Source: an uncultured Verrucomicrobiae bacterium (lineage in GTDB: Bacteria > Verrucomicrobiota > Verrucomicrobiia > Opitutales > JABDGR01). Taken from it: a DNA stretch of 64,000 bases. The first letter of the stretch is position 1. Every line of letters begins with the position of its first letter. The stretch spans positions 64,001 to 128,000 of the forward strand of contig CAVXVB010000002.1 of the NCBI GenBank assembly GCA_963765205.1, in the 5' to 3' direction. Below are positions 19,295 to 27,659 of this stretch, one piece after another. The notes under the pieces were generated by a model. It was not told the DNA's origin, searched no databases, and saw nothing but the letters and a program-made list of their open reading frames with translations. The position numbers and the translations under genes were made by a program.

Positions 19295-20061
19295 GCCGCC
19301 TCTTTGGTCGTGCTTTCCGTCAGCCCCGCCGCAAACCTGTTCTTTTGGAAGCGCGCAAACATCTTGTTCACCTCGTCGCGGTAAATCGCCCGCTGCTCCG
19401 CCCGCGTCTTGTCTTCCGCCCGCACGATGAAGCGGTCAAAGAGACTGAAAATCTCGGTGGCGATGCCGCCATGAATCTTAGCCAGTTCGCCCGTCATTTG
19501 CTCAATTTTGGCATACTGGCCGGCCTTCTCCGAAACCGCCAACGCCGCCAATTCCAGTTTGCGCATGGATTCAGAGACGGCGGTGAACTGTTTTTCAAGC
19601 GTGTTCAAAATCCGGGCGTTGGGCGCGGCCCGCGCTTCCTCCGCTTCCAACCGCGCCGCAATTTTGCCCGCCCGCCGCCGCGTGGCCGTGAGTAGCATCC
19701 CAAAGTCCATTTCCTCGACTGGCAGCCCCAGCAGCGGCGGGGAATCCGCCGGGTTATCTCTCCGGGGAGACAACGGCATGGACATCGGCAGCATCCGGGC
19801 ATCCGCCGGGGGCAACTCCGGTTGCAAACCGGGGCTGGGGCCATCGGCGGCAGCCTCAATCCGATCCCGCACTCCCGCGTTCAAATCGCGCTGGATATGC
19901 TGCTCTAGCCATCCCAGCAATTTGCCCGGCTCAGTCACCGGGCATTCATCCCCGGCAGCCCGGCCTTTAGCTACCCAAAGCCTAAGTGTCCGGGTTGTCA
20001 CCCCATAGAGGTCAGCCCAATCTTGCCGGGATTGCGGCTCTAATGAAATTTCCGCTTCCAC
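19291..20061 (-). CDS. Putative terminase small subunit (lambda Nu1-like)
   Basis: N-terminal HTH (SRQDWADLYGVTTRTLRLW), Pro-rich linker, coiled coil RKLELAALAVSEKAGQY, helical C-terminus. Confidence 0.6.
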   Translation of the reverse strand: MEAEISLEPQSRQDWADLYGVTTRTLRLWVAKGRAAGDECPVTEPGKLLGWLEQHIQRDLNAGVRDRIEAAADGPSPGLQPELPPADARMLPMSMPLSPRRDNPADSPPLLGLPVEEMDFGMLLTATRRRAGKIAARLEAEEARAAPNARILNTLEKQFTAVSESMRKLELAALAVSEKAGQYAKIEQMTGELAKIHGGIATEIFSLFDRFIVRAEDKTRAEQRAIYRDEVNKMFARFQKNRFAAGLTESTTKEAA

Positions 20062-20305
20062 TGGGGAAAATTAACCCTCCCTCATAGCGGAAGCAAGGAA
20101 ATTTGTTTTTCCAAGCCCCCGCGCGAAAACCTCCAAGGAGTGCCCAACACCCTGGGGGGCCATAAACCTTTTCAAAGAGAATCCCTAGCACCCCTAGTGG
20201 GGGCGGGGGGTCAGGGCGGGGGCAACCTACCTGCCGGAGATTGTGGGCGAAGGGGTAGCCCACTGGCCCGGCAGTAATGGAAAACACTACTGCACACTAG
20301 CTGGC

Positions 20306-20358
20306 CTTGTTATAGTTTGCTATAGTTTTGGCGCTGAAATCTTCGTAAGTCTTTGATT
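20306..20358. promoter_or_regulatory. Arm-type repeat copy 2 (20306-20326) and IHF-consensus site (20346-20358)
   Basis: CTTGTTATAGTTTGCTATAGT; minus-strand AATCAAAGACTTA fits WATCAANNNNTTR. Confidence 0.65.
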
Positions 20359-20369
20359 ATCAAAAAGAG

Positions 20370-20441
20370 CGCCCCCACGGGGAATCGAACCCCGATTTGA
20401 AGAATGAGAATCTTCCGTCCTAACCGTTAGACGATGGGGAC
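20370..20441 (-). tRNA. tRNA-Glu (CTC), CCA not encoded
   Basis: GTCCCCA/TGGGGGC acceptor, GAAGA-TTCTCAT-TCTTC anticodon arm, GGTTCGATTCC. Confidence 0.97.
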
Positions 20442-20446
20442 AAGCT

Positions 20447-20561
20447 GCCAGAAGCGAGAAGCTAGAAGATAGAAGGCAGAATGCCAAGCGCGAAGAAGCG
20501 GATTCATCCAAATGGCATCTTTCTTTGTTTCCATTCTAGCTTCTAGCTTCTAGCTTCTAGC
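20447..20561. repeat. Inverted heptamer tandem repeats
   Basis: Five degenerate GCTAGAA (20447-20481) and four perfect TTCTAGC (20534-20561). Confidence 0.85.
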
Positions 20562-20568
20562 TCCCACC

Positions 20569-21030
20569 ATGTCCGCCTCCCCCGCTACTCCCCGGCCCGA
20601 CACCGGCGCGATTCTTTACGATTTGCCGTCGCCCTACCTGCCGCATCCGGCGTTCGGCTTGCTCCACTTGCCGCGCTTCCTCGCCAAGGCCCGCAAGTAC
20701 TTGGCCGGCGCGCTGCCGCCGTCCTATCAGCGCAACTTCACCAAGGGCTTCGACGGCTTCCTCTGCCTGCATCTGGGCGTGGACCCGCAGGCCGTGATCG
20801 CCGCCGTGCGTGAGGCCAAGGATGAGGACGACCTGACCGCCCGGTTGCGCGCGCTTTTTCCCGCGGACGTGAAGGCTGCCAAGTGGAACCGCCAGGTCGT
20901 GCAAATGGGCATGAGCGAAATGGGCCGCGAAGCCCTCGCCGCCACCAAGAAGAAAATGGCCATCGAGCACCGCGACGACCTTCGCTCCTTCGCCGACCTC
21001 ATCGAATACGATGAGGAACGACTGAATTAA
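20569..21030 (+). CDS. DUF5069-like protein
   Basis: LPSPY...GLLHLPRFLAKAR...FDGFLCLHLG...SFADLIEYDE. Confidence 0.75.
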   Translation: MSASPATPRPDTGAILYDLPSPYLPHPAFGLLHLPRFLAKARKYLAGALPPSYQRNFTKGFDGFLCLHLGVDPQAVIAAVREAKDEDDLTARLRALFPADVKAAKWNRQVVQMGMSEMGREALAATKKKMAIEHRDDLRSFADLIEYDEERLN

Positions 21031-21056
21031 TTACGTGGCGGACAACTCCATGACGA

Positions 21057-21695
21057 TTAGTTCCCTTTCTCCGGTTTTATATACCACTTGCCATCAATTT
21101 TGACAAAAACCATGGGTTGCGGGGCGTTGCTCCCCGCACCCTGGATTGGGTCTGGATGCACGGTGATCATGTAGGTGGCTTCGTCGCCGTCGGCATTAAA
21201 GGTCGGAGTCAGGCCAGCGAGTGTGTCAAAATCCTGCGCCTCTCCTTCAAGCCTCTTTTGCCATATCGGCCGTTGTAACGACCCGCTGGCTTGAGCCGCT
21301 TGTATTGCTTGCATACCATCAAAATTTGCCAAATAGGCAGGCGGGGTCGAAGCTTGTGTGAACCCCACCATATCACCGGCCCGCAACAAGCTTGCGTATT
21401 TCGCGAAGGCGGTTTTCAAGTCAGCTTGGGCATCGGCGGATGCCAAATCGGACGAGGAATTGGCAGTCTCGCTCGCAACGCCCGAGCGCGGTGCGGGTGG
21501 AGCAATGGGCGGAGCGATGGCTTGCGGCACGACATATTCTGATGCCCCCGGTTGGGACGCCAATTCGACTGCACTTCTTCGGGTCGGAGCCGGCCATATG
21601 AGCCAGTAAACACCCGCCTCACGCATGAACAACCAAAGGCCGAGAAACAAGATCGCAAAAGCAAGAACAACCAAAATGGAGTTTTTCGGTTTCAT
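21057..21695 (-). CDS. Membrane-anchored exported protein, paralogue of 26731-27399
   Basis: N-terminal TM, PTFNADGDEATY, FVKIDGKWY. Confidence 0.75.
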   Translation of the reverse strand: MKPKNSILVVLAFAILFLGLWLFMREAGVYWLIWPAPTRRSAVELASQPGASEYVVPQAIAPPIAPPAPRSGVASETANSSSDLASADAQADLKTAFAKYASLLRAGDMVGFTQASTPPAYLANFDGMQAIQAAQASGSLQRPIWQKRLEGEAQDFDTLAGLTPTFNADGDEATYMITVHPDPIQGAGSNAPQPMVFVKIDGKWYIKPEKGN

Positions 21696-21866
21696 GCCAT
21701 AAAGAAAACCAAAGCATACACTCAATGCGTAAGAGCCGCAAGGTCTATCGTTTCAGCGGCATTTAACACCTCCGCCTCATCATACCCAATTTCATCCCTC
21801 GTCGTTCATCCTTTCTCCCTCTCCCTTTCGCTCTTTTTTCCATTTTCCATCTTCCATTAATTCCCT

Positions 21867-23309
21867 TCACTCTTCCCCGCTCAAGACCCAGGTGTCCTTC
21901 GAGCCGCCGCCTTGGGAGGAGTTGACCACGAGGGAGCCTTTTTTCAGCGCGACGCGCGTCAGCCCGCCGGGCATGATTTTAATGTCTTCGCCGTAGAGGA
22001 TGTAGGGGCGCAGGTCAATGTGGCGGCCTTCAAATTTGCCGTCGCACCAGGTCGGGTGGCGCGAGAGGGAAATGGGCGGCTGGGCGATGAAGTTGCGCGG
22101 GTTCTCCTTGATTTGCTCGCGGAATTTCTCGATCTCGGCCTTCGGCGCCCAGGGGCCCATCAGCATCCCGTAGCCGCCCGCTTCATTCGCGCTTTTGACG
22201 ACGAGCTTCGCCAGGTTGTCCAAAATATAGTCGTAATCCTTTTTTTCCGAGGCGAGGTAGGTTTCGACGTTGGGGAGAATCGGCTCCTGGCCGAGGTAGT
22301 ATTTAATCATCCGTGGCACAAAATAATAGATAACCTTGTCATCGGCCACGCCGGTGCCGATGGAGTTCGCCAGCGCGACGTTCCCGGCGCGGTAGGCTGA
22401 GACGAGGCCCGGCACGCCGAGCATCGAATCGCGCCGGAACACGGTCGGGTCGAGGAAATCGTCGTCAATGCGCCGGTAGATGACATCCACCGGCTCGAGG
22501 CCCTTGGTGGTGCGCATGAACACGCGCTGCTCGCGCACAACGAGGTCGCGCCCCTCGACGATCTCGACGCCCATCGAGCGCGCGAGGAAGCAGTGCTCGA
22601 AGTAGGCGCTGTTGTAAACGCCGGGCGTGAGCAGCACGACGGTCGGGTCCTCGCGGCCGGCGGGCGCGATGTAGCGCAACATGCGCAGCAGCTCGTCCGC
22701 GTATTGGTCAATCGGGCGCACGTTACCGCGGGCAAAGAGGCTGGGGAAGGCGCGCTTCATCGCTGCGCGGTTTTCCTGCATGTAGGAGACGCCCGACGGG
22801 CAGCGGCCGTTGTCCTCGAGCACCAGGTATTGGCCGTCGCGCCCGCGGATGAGGTCGGTGCCGCAGATATGGATGTAAATGTCGCGCGGGACTTTCGTGC
22901 CCCGGAATTCCGGGCGGTAATGCTTGGCGGAGAGGATGTAGTGCTCGGGGATGATTTTGTCCGCGAGGATTTTCTGGTCCGTGTAAATGTCCTTGAGGAA
23001 CAGGTTGAGGGCGGTGATGCGCTGCTTGAGGCCGTTTTCGAGGTGCGTCCATTCGGACGCGGGGATGATGCGCGGGACGAGGTCAAAGGGGAAGATGCGC
23101 TCGGTGCCCTCGTTGTCGTTGTAAACGGTGAAGGTGATGCCCTGGCGCAGAAAGGACAGGTCGGTGCTCTGTCGTTTTTGCTCGAATTCCTCGGCGTCGA
23201 GGGCGGCGAAGCGCTCGAGGAACTTGCGGTAATGCGGCCGCACGCCGGCGGGCGCGGGGCCGGCGAACATCTCGTCAAAAAAGTCTTCGGGTTGGTATTT
23301 CTCGAACAT
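21867..23309 (-). CDS. Circularly permuted type 2 ATP-grasp protein
   Basis: [63 protein letters not shown]. Confidence 0.95.
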   Translation of the reverse strand: MFEKYQPEDFFDEMFAGPAPAGVRPHYRKFLERFAALDAEEFEQKRQSTDLSFLRQGITFTVYNDNEGTERIFPFDLVPRIIPASEWTHLENGLKQRITALNLFLKDIYTDQKILADKIIPEHYILSAKHYRPEFRGTKVPRDIYIHICGTDLIRGRDGQYLVLEDNGRCPSGVSYMQENRAAMKRAFPSLFARGNVRPIDQYADELLRMLRYIAPAGREDPTVVLLTPGVYNSAYFEHCFLARSMGVEIVEGRDLVVREQRVFMRTTKGLEPVDVIYRRIDDDFLDPTVFRRDSMLGVPGLVSAYRAGNVALANSIGTGVADDKVIYYFVPRMIKYYLGQEPILPNVETYLASEKKDYDYILDNLAKLVVKSANEAGGYGMLMGPWAPKAEIEKFREQIKENPRNFIAQPPISLSRHPTWCDGKFEGRHIDLRPYILYGEDIKIMPGGLTRVALKKGSLVVNSSQGGGSKDTWVLSGEE

Positions 23310-23400
23310 GGGGGCGCAGCAGGGGGATGGCGGCATAAAATCTGGCAGGGTGCCTCTTCCTGAGCAAGCCTCATGCCGGGTGGATGGCTAGTTCACCGCG

Positions 23401-23682
23401 CTACCGGTAAATTTCCCGTCGGTGGCCGATCTCGGCCACCCGGATCAGCCGGCGGGCATCGTCAATCTGATAGAGAATGCGGTATTGGCCCACCCGAATG
23501 CGCCAAATTTGTTCGCCCCCGGAAAGTATTTTGGCGCCGGGCGGACGCGGCTGGAAGCTGAGTTGGCTGATGGACTCCTCCATCCGCCGGCCCAAACTCG
23601 CATCGCGCAGTTTCCGCAAAAACTATTCTGCGGCTGGCCGCAGGGTTATGCGGTAACCGGGCGGCGGGGTTTGCAGTTCCAT
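23401..23682 (-). pseudogene. relE: RelE/ParE-family toxin interrupted by in-frame TAG at codon 20
   Basis: MELQTPPPGYRITLRPAAE*FLRKL...WRIRVGQYRILY...IGHRREIYR. Confidence 0.85.
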
Positions 23683-23867
23683 GGCAATTCACTGCGCAGG
23701 TTTTCCCAGTTGGTGTCCGGCCCGCTGTCCGCCAAAGCGTGCCTGGCCGCCGCCAAGTCGCGGGCGTCTTCCTCTTTGGCGACTATGCGCGCGAAAAACG
23801 TTTTCACCTTGCGGCGCTCCGGCGCGGGCAAGGTTTCATAGCGGGCCAAAAAGGTTTTGGCGGTCAT
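23646..23867 (-). CDS. Putative antitoxin
   Basis: Small ORF directly upstream of relE; EEDARDLAAARHAL...WENLRSEL pattern. Confidence 0.7.
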   Translation of the reverse strand: MTAKTFLARYETLPAPERRKVKTFFARIVAKEEDARDLAAARHALADSGPDTNWENLRSELPWNCKPRRPVTA

Positions 23868-23990
23868 GGCGCTTAGTTTACTTTTCCCTTGGTTTTGGTC
23901 AATGCCGAAACCCGGCGCAAAATCGTAAATAAGGTTCGCCGCGCGACGCAGGCTTGCGTGGGCGGCGCGGTTGCGGCAGGGTGGGGGGCC

Positions 23991-24749
23991 TTGAAAAACT
24001 CCCCGCCCACCGACGAACTGCTGACCCTTGCCGCCGCCACTGCGCGCGCGGCGGGCGCCGCCCTGGCCAAACGCGCCGACCGCACCGTCAATTCCGAGAC
24101 CGGCCACGACGTGAAAATGCAGGCCGATATTGACAGCGAGACGCTCATCCGCGAGCGCCTGGCGCGCGCCAAGCTGCCCGTCATCGGCGAGGAAATTGGC
24201 GGCGACGCCGCCTTGCTGGGCCGTGACGAGCTGTTCTGGGCGGTGGACCCGGTGGACGGCACTTACAATTACCTGCGCAATTTTCCAGGCGTGTGCGTGA
24301 GCATCGGCTTGTGGCGCGGGCGGCGGCCCGTGCTGGGCGTGATTTACGACTTTTGGCGCGACGAGCTGTTTGCCGGCGGCGCGGGCCTCGGCCTGACCTT
24401 GAATGGCCGCGCCCTCCAACCGCGCTGGGCGGCGGACGTGCCCCACGCCGTGCTCTGCACGGGCTTCCCTTCGACGGCGGATCGCGGCGCGCAAGCGGTG
24501 ACCGGCTTCGTCGAGCGCGTTGGCAAATTCAAAAAGATCCGCATGATCGGCACGGCGGCGCTCGCGCTGGCCTATGTGGCCGCCGGGCGCGCGGACGCCT
24601 ATTTCGAAGAGACGATCAAGCTCTGGGACATCGCCGCCGGGCTGGCGCTCGTCGAAGCTGCGGGCGGCTACACGAGCGTCGAGCCGGTGCCCGGCCAGCC
24701 GCTGGCGTTCAATGTCTGGGCGACGGGCCGCGCGGACCTGGCCGGGTGA
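23991..24749 (+). CDS. Inositol monophosphatase family protein
   Basis: IGEE, WAVDPVDGTYNY, WDIAAG; start uncertain (TTG 23991). Confidence 0.92.
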   Translation: MKNSPPTDELLTLAAATARAAGAALAKRADRTVNSETGHDVKMQADIDSETLIRERLARAKLPVIGEEIGGDAALLGRDELFWAVDPVDGTYNYLRNFPGVCVSIGLWRGRRPVLGVIYDFWRDELFAGGAGLGLTLNGRALQPRWAADVPHAVLCTGFPSTADRGAQAVTGFVERVGKFKKIRMIGTAALALAYVAAGRADAYFEETIKLWDIAAGLALVEAAGGYTSVEPVPGQPLAFNVWATGRADLAG

Positions 24750-24756
24750 TCTCGGG

Positions 24757-24785
24757 ACGGTAGGGACGCCTCTCCGAGGCGTCCG
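24757..24785 (+). repeat. GTAG-type REP element, copy 1
   Basis: ACGGTAGGGACGCCTCTCCGAGGCGTCCG hairpin; identical inverted copy at 26585-26613. Confidence 0.8.
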
Positions 24786-24794
24786 TTGCTCCCC

Positions 24795-25268
24795 TCATAA
24801 CCGCCGTGCGTAGCGCACGATGCGGAATTCCGGCGTGGTCTTCAGCGTTTCCGTTGGCGTGAACAGATTCTCATACGGCGGAAAAAAAGCGTCGCCCGGT
24901 GGCGAACCCGCCACCTGGGTCAGATAAAGCTCCGCGCAGCGCGGCAGCGCCAGCGCATAAATTTCCGCGCCGCCGATGACCCAGATGTCGCCCGCCGCCG
25001 GCAGTTGATCCACCGCGACCAGGTCGTCTACGACAACCGCTCCCGGCAATGTGTTGGCGCCCGGCGCCAGTGTGCGCGAGACGACCACGTTGCGCCGCCG
25101 GGGCAACGTGCGGCCCAGCGATTCCCACGTCTTGCGCCCCATCACCACCGTGTGCCCCATGGTCTGTTCCTTGAAAAACTTCAAGTCCTCCGGCAACCGC
25201 CACGGGATTTTCCCGCCCGCGCCGATGACGCGGTTCTCCCCCAGCGCGGCGATGGCTTTCCAAGTCAT
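24795..25268 (-). CDS. folA: Dihydrofolate reductase
   Basis: NRVIG..IPWRLPEDLKFFK, VMGRKTWES, IGGAEIY, GDAFFP. Confidence 0.96.
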   Translation of the reverse strand: MTWKAIAALGENRVIGAGGKIPWRLPEDLKFFKEQTMGHTVVMGRKTWESLGRTLPRRRNVVVSRTLAPGANTLPGAVVVDDLVAVDQLPAAGDIWVIGGAEIYALALPRCAELYLTQVAGSPPGDAFFPPYENLFTPTETLKTTPEFRIVRYARRL

Positions 25269-25347
25269 TGTAATTTTTTTACCGCTAAGGCGCGAAAACC
25301 GCAAAGGAAATGGTTGGCCTTTCTCTGCGTCTTTGCGGTGAATCTCC

Positions 25348-26160
25348 TTAAACCGCAATCGGCGCCTTAATCCCCGGATGCGGATCATATTCCAGCAGTT
25401 CAATGTCCTCGAATTTGAAATCTTCCAGATTTTTAATTTCCGGGTTAAGCCGCACGCGGGGCAGCGGGCGCGGCGCGCGGGCCAGTTGCGTCTCCACTTG
25501 TTCGAGGTGGTTGAGGTAGAGATGCATGTCGCCAAAGGTGTGGACGAATTCGCCGGGCCGCAGCCCGCACGCCTGGGCCATCATCAGCGTCAGTAGTGCA
25601 TACGAGGCGATGTTGAACGGCACGCCGAGGAATAAATCCGCGCTGCGTTGGTAAAGCTGGCAGCTTAATTCGCCGCGCGTTGAAACGTAAAACTGAAACA
25701 GCGCATGGCAGGGCGGCAGCGCCATTTTTTCGACATCCGCCGGGTTCCACGCCGTCACGATGTGCCGGCGCGATTGCGGCGATTTTTTAATCGCGGCGAC
25801 CACCCGCGCAATCTGGTCAATCGTTTGCTCGCGGCCCGCGGCGTCCCGCCCCGCCGGCCAGTGGCGCCACTGATGGCCATAAACCGGCCCGAGGTCGCCG
25901 TGCGCATCGGCCCATTCGTCCCAAATCGTCACGCCGCGTTCCTGAAGCCATTTGATGTTCGTGTCGCCGCGCAAAAACCAGAGCAACTCATAGACGACCG
26001 ACTTCCAATGCACCTTCTTGGTGGTCAGCAGTGGAAAGCGCTCGCGCAAATCAAAGCGCGCCTGCGCGCCGAACACGCTGCGCGTGCCCACGCCGGTGCG
26101 GTCGCGGCGCTCCTCGCCGTGGTCGCGCACCAGCCGCAGCAGGTCCAGGTAAGTTTGCAT
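25348..26160 (-). CDS. thyA: Thymidylate synthase
   Basis: [39 protein letters not shown]. Confidence 0.98.
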   Translation of the reverse strand: MQTYLDLLRLVRDHGEERRDRTGVGTRSVFGAQARFDLRERFPLLTTKKVHWKSVVYELLWFLRGDTNIKWLQERGVTIWDEWADAHGDLGPVYGHQWRHWPAGRDAAGREQTIDQIARVVAAIKKSPQSRRHIVTAWNPADVEKMALPPCHALFQFYVSTRGELSCQLYQRSADLFLGVPFNIASYALLTLMMAQACGLRPGEFVHTFGDMHLYLNHLEQVETQLARAPRPLPRVRLNPEIKNLEDFKFEDIELLEYDPHPGIKAPIAV

Positions 26161-26275
26161 GGCCTGATGTAAGCGGGTTCTTCACGCCGGGCAAAGAAAA
26201 ATCCCATGGGCGGGGCGCCCCACGATCCCTTTCTTTTATCTTGTGAATCTATCCGGCCAACCCTAGTTTCCATGC

Positions 26276-26560
26276 ATGACTGCGGATGTGCCTCCTCTCT
26301 TGTCTCCGGCCCCGCCGCTGCGGAAACCGCCCCATTTGGCGTATTTGTTGCTGGCTACCGCCCCGGCTGCCATGGCCTCAGGAATATGCGGCTTTATGAG
26401 CATTTTTATTGGAGTATTAGGAGTCCATTCCAGCCAGGCGTTCATCCAAACTTGTGGCGTGCTCGAAGTGGTTGGCGGAGCGATGGTGGTCATTGGCTCG
26501 CTCGCTGCCTTGGTGGCAATGTGCTGCGCGGCTCGGGCTGCCCTGAAAACAGAAGCATAA
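26276..26560 (+). CDS. Small two-TM hypothetical protein
   Basis: 94-aa ORF with two hydrophobic segments. Confidence 0.45.
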   Translation: MTADVPPLLSPAPPLRKPPHLAYLLLATAPAAMASGICGFMSIFIGVLGVHSSQAFIQTCGVLEVVGGAMVVIGSLAALVAMCCAARAALKTEA

Positions 26561-26584
26561 GTCATTGGCCCACTCGCTACCCTG

Positions 26585-26613
26585 CGGACGCCTCGGAGAG
26601 GCGTCCCTACCGT
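26585..26613 (-). repeat. GTAG-type REP element, copy 2
   Basis: Reverse complement of 24757-24785. Confidence 0.8.
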
Positions 26614-26730
26614 GTCGCGGAATTTCAAAAAGCTTCATTATGCTTGCTTTGCAGTCCCGTCCAATTTGAAACATATCGCTGAAAAAGGGGTTACTTATTA
26701 GGAATGGATTACCCATTAGTGGCAAAGGCT

Positions 26731-27399
26731 ATGAAGCGCAAAAACCTCATCTTGATTGCCCTGGCCGTCGCCATTGTGAGCCTCAGCCTCTGGTGGTTCA
26801 TGCGGCCCACGGCGGCAGCCCCGAAACCAATCGCTGAGATTGGAGCGCCTGCGCTGAGCAAAATCGCAACGCCCAAGCCGATCGCGTCGCCGGCCATCGC
26901 CCCGCCCGTCGTTTCCCTTGCGCCAAAACCAGACTCCGCGTCAGTCGCCACCGCGCAATCTGTCGCCGCGCCGCTTTCAGACCCCAACGCCGATTCCAAA
27001 GCTGAGTTGAATACTGCATTGGAGGATATGGCGCGCTTGCAGCGGGCTGGCCATTTTATGGAATTCGCGCAAACCTACGACACGCCTGACGAATGGGCAA
27101 AAGAAGAACCTCGTTTGATTCAAGGAAATCAATTAGTTCAAGCCGCCTTAGCTCAGGATCCGGAACTTTCAACGGATGAGCTACCAATAGGAGAAACGTA
27201 TGCGCAGTCATATGAAGCCCTCGAAAAGCAAACTCCGACCTTCAACGCCTCTGGCGATGAAGCCACCTACACCTATATGAGTCCAACGGACTCTGATATA
27301 ATGAATGGCGTCGCTTCTGGCACCGGCACCCCCACTCCCTTGGTCTTTGTCAAAATCAACGGTAAGTGGTATCTAAAAAAGGAAGAGGCGGGCAATTAA
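26731..27399 (+). CDS. Membrane-anchored exported protein, paralogue of 21057-21695
   Basis: N-terminal TM, PTFNASGDEATY, FVKINGKWY. Confidence 0.78.
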   Translation: MKRKNLILIALAVAIVSLSLWWFMRPTAAAPKPIAEIGAPALSKIATPKPIASPAIAPPVVSLAPKPDSASVATAQSVAAPLSDPNADSKAELNTALEDMARLQRAGHFMEFAQTYDTPDEWAKEEPRLIQGNQLVQAALAQDPELSTDELPIGETYAQSYEALEKQTPTFNASGDEATYTYMSPTDSDIMNGVASGTGTPTPLVFVKINGKWYLKKEEAGN

Positions 27400-27573
27400 T
27401 CGAGTTGCGTTTGTCATCCTTAATTATCCCGAATCCCATTCCGCCCAATTCCAACCAAGAACTAAAAACTAGAAACTAAAGCACCAAGCGCCAGATCACT
27501 ACCCCCCGAACACTTATAAGATTGACCACCCCCCGCGCCCCCGGCATCCTCACCGTTTCCCTTTAACGAATTT

Positions 27574-27646
27574 GGGGCTGTAGCTCAGTTGGAAGAGCGC
27601 GACAATCGCACTGTCGAGGTCGTCGGTTCGAGCCCGATCAGCTCCA
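27574..27646 (+). tRNA. tRNA-Ala (CGC)
   Basis: GGGGCTGTAGCTCAGTTGGAAGAGCG, CGACA-ATCGCAC-TGTCG, GGTTCGAGCCC, G3:U70. Confidence 0.97.
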
Positions 27647-27659
27647 CTATTTTAAACCC

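Larger units (their letters stand above)
13563..20398. mobile_element. 6.8-kb PICI-like phage satellite integrated in tRNA-Glu
   Basis: 36-bp perfect direct repeats at both ends; int, alpA/xis, helicase, primase, terS-like genes. Confidence 0.9.

Noticed and set aside
20447..20561. CRISPR array
   Set aside because: Contiguous 7-bp units without unique spacers; no cas genes or repeat-spacer arrays seen in the window
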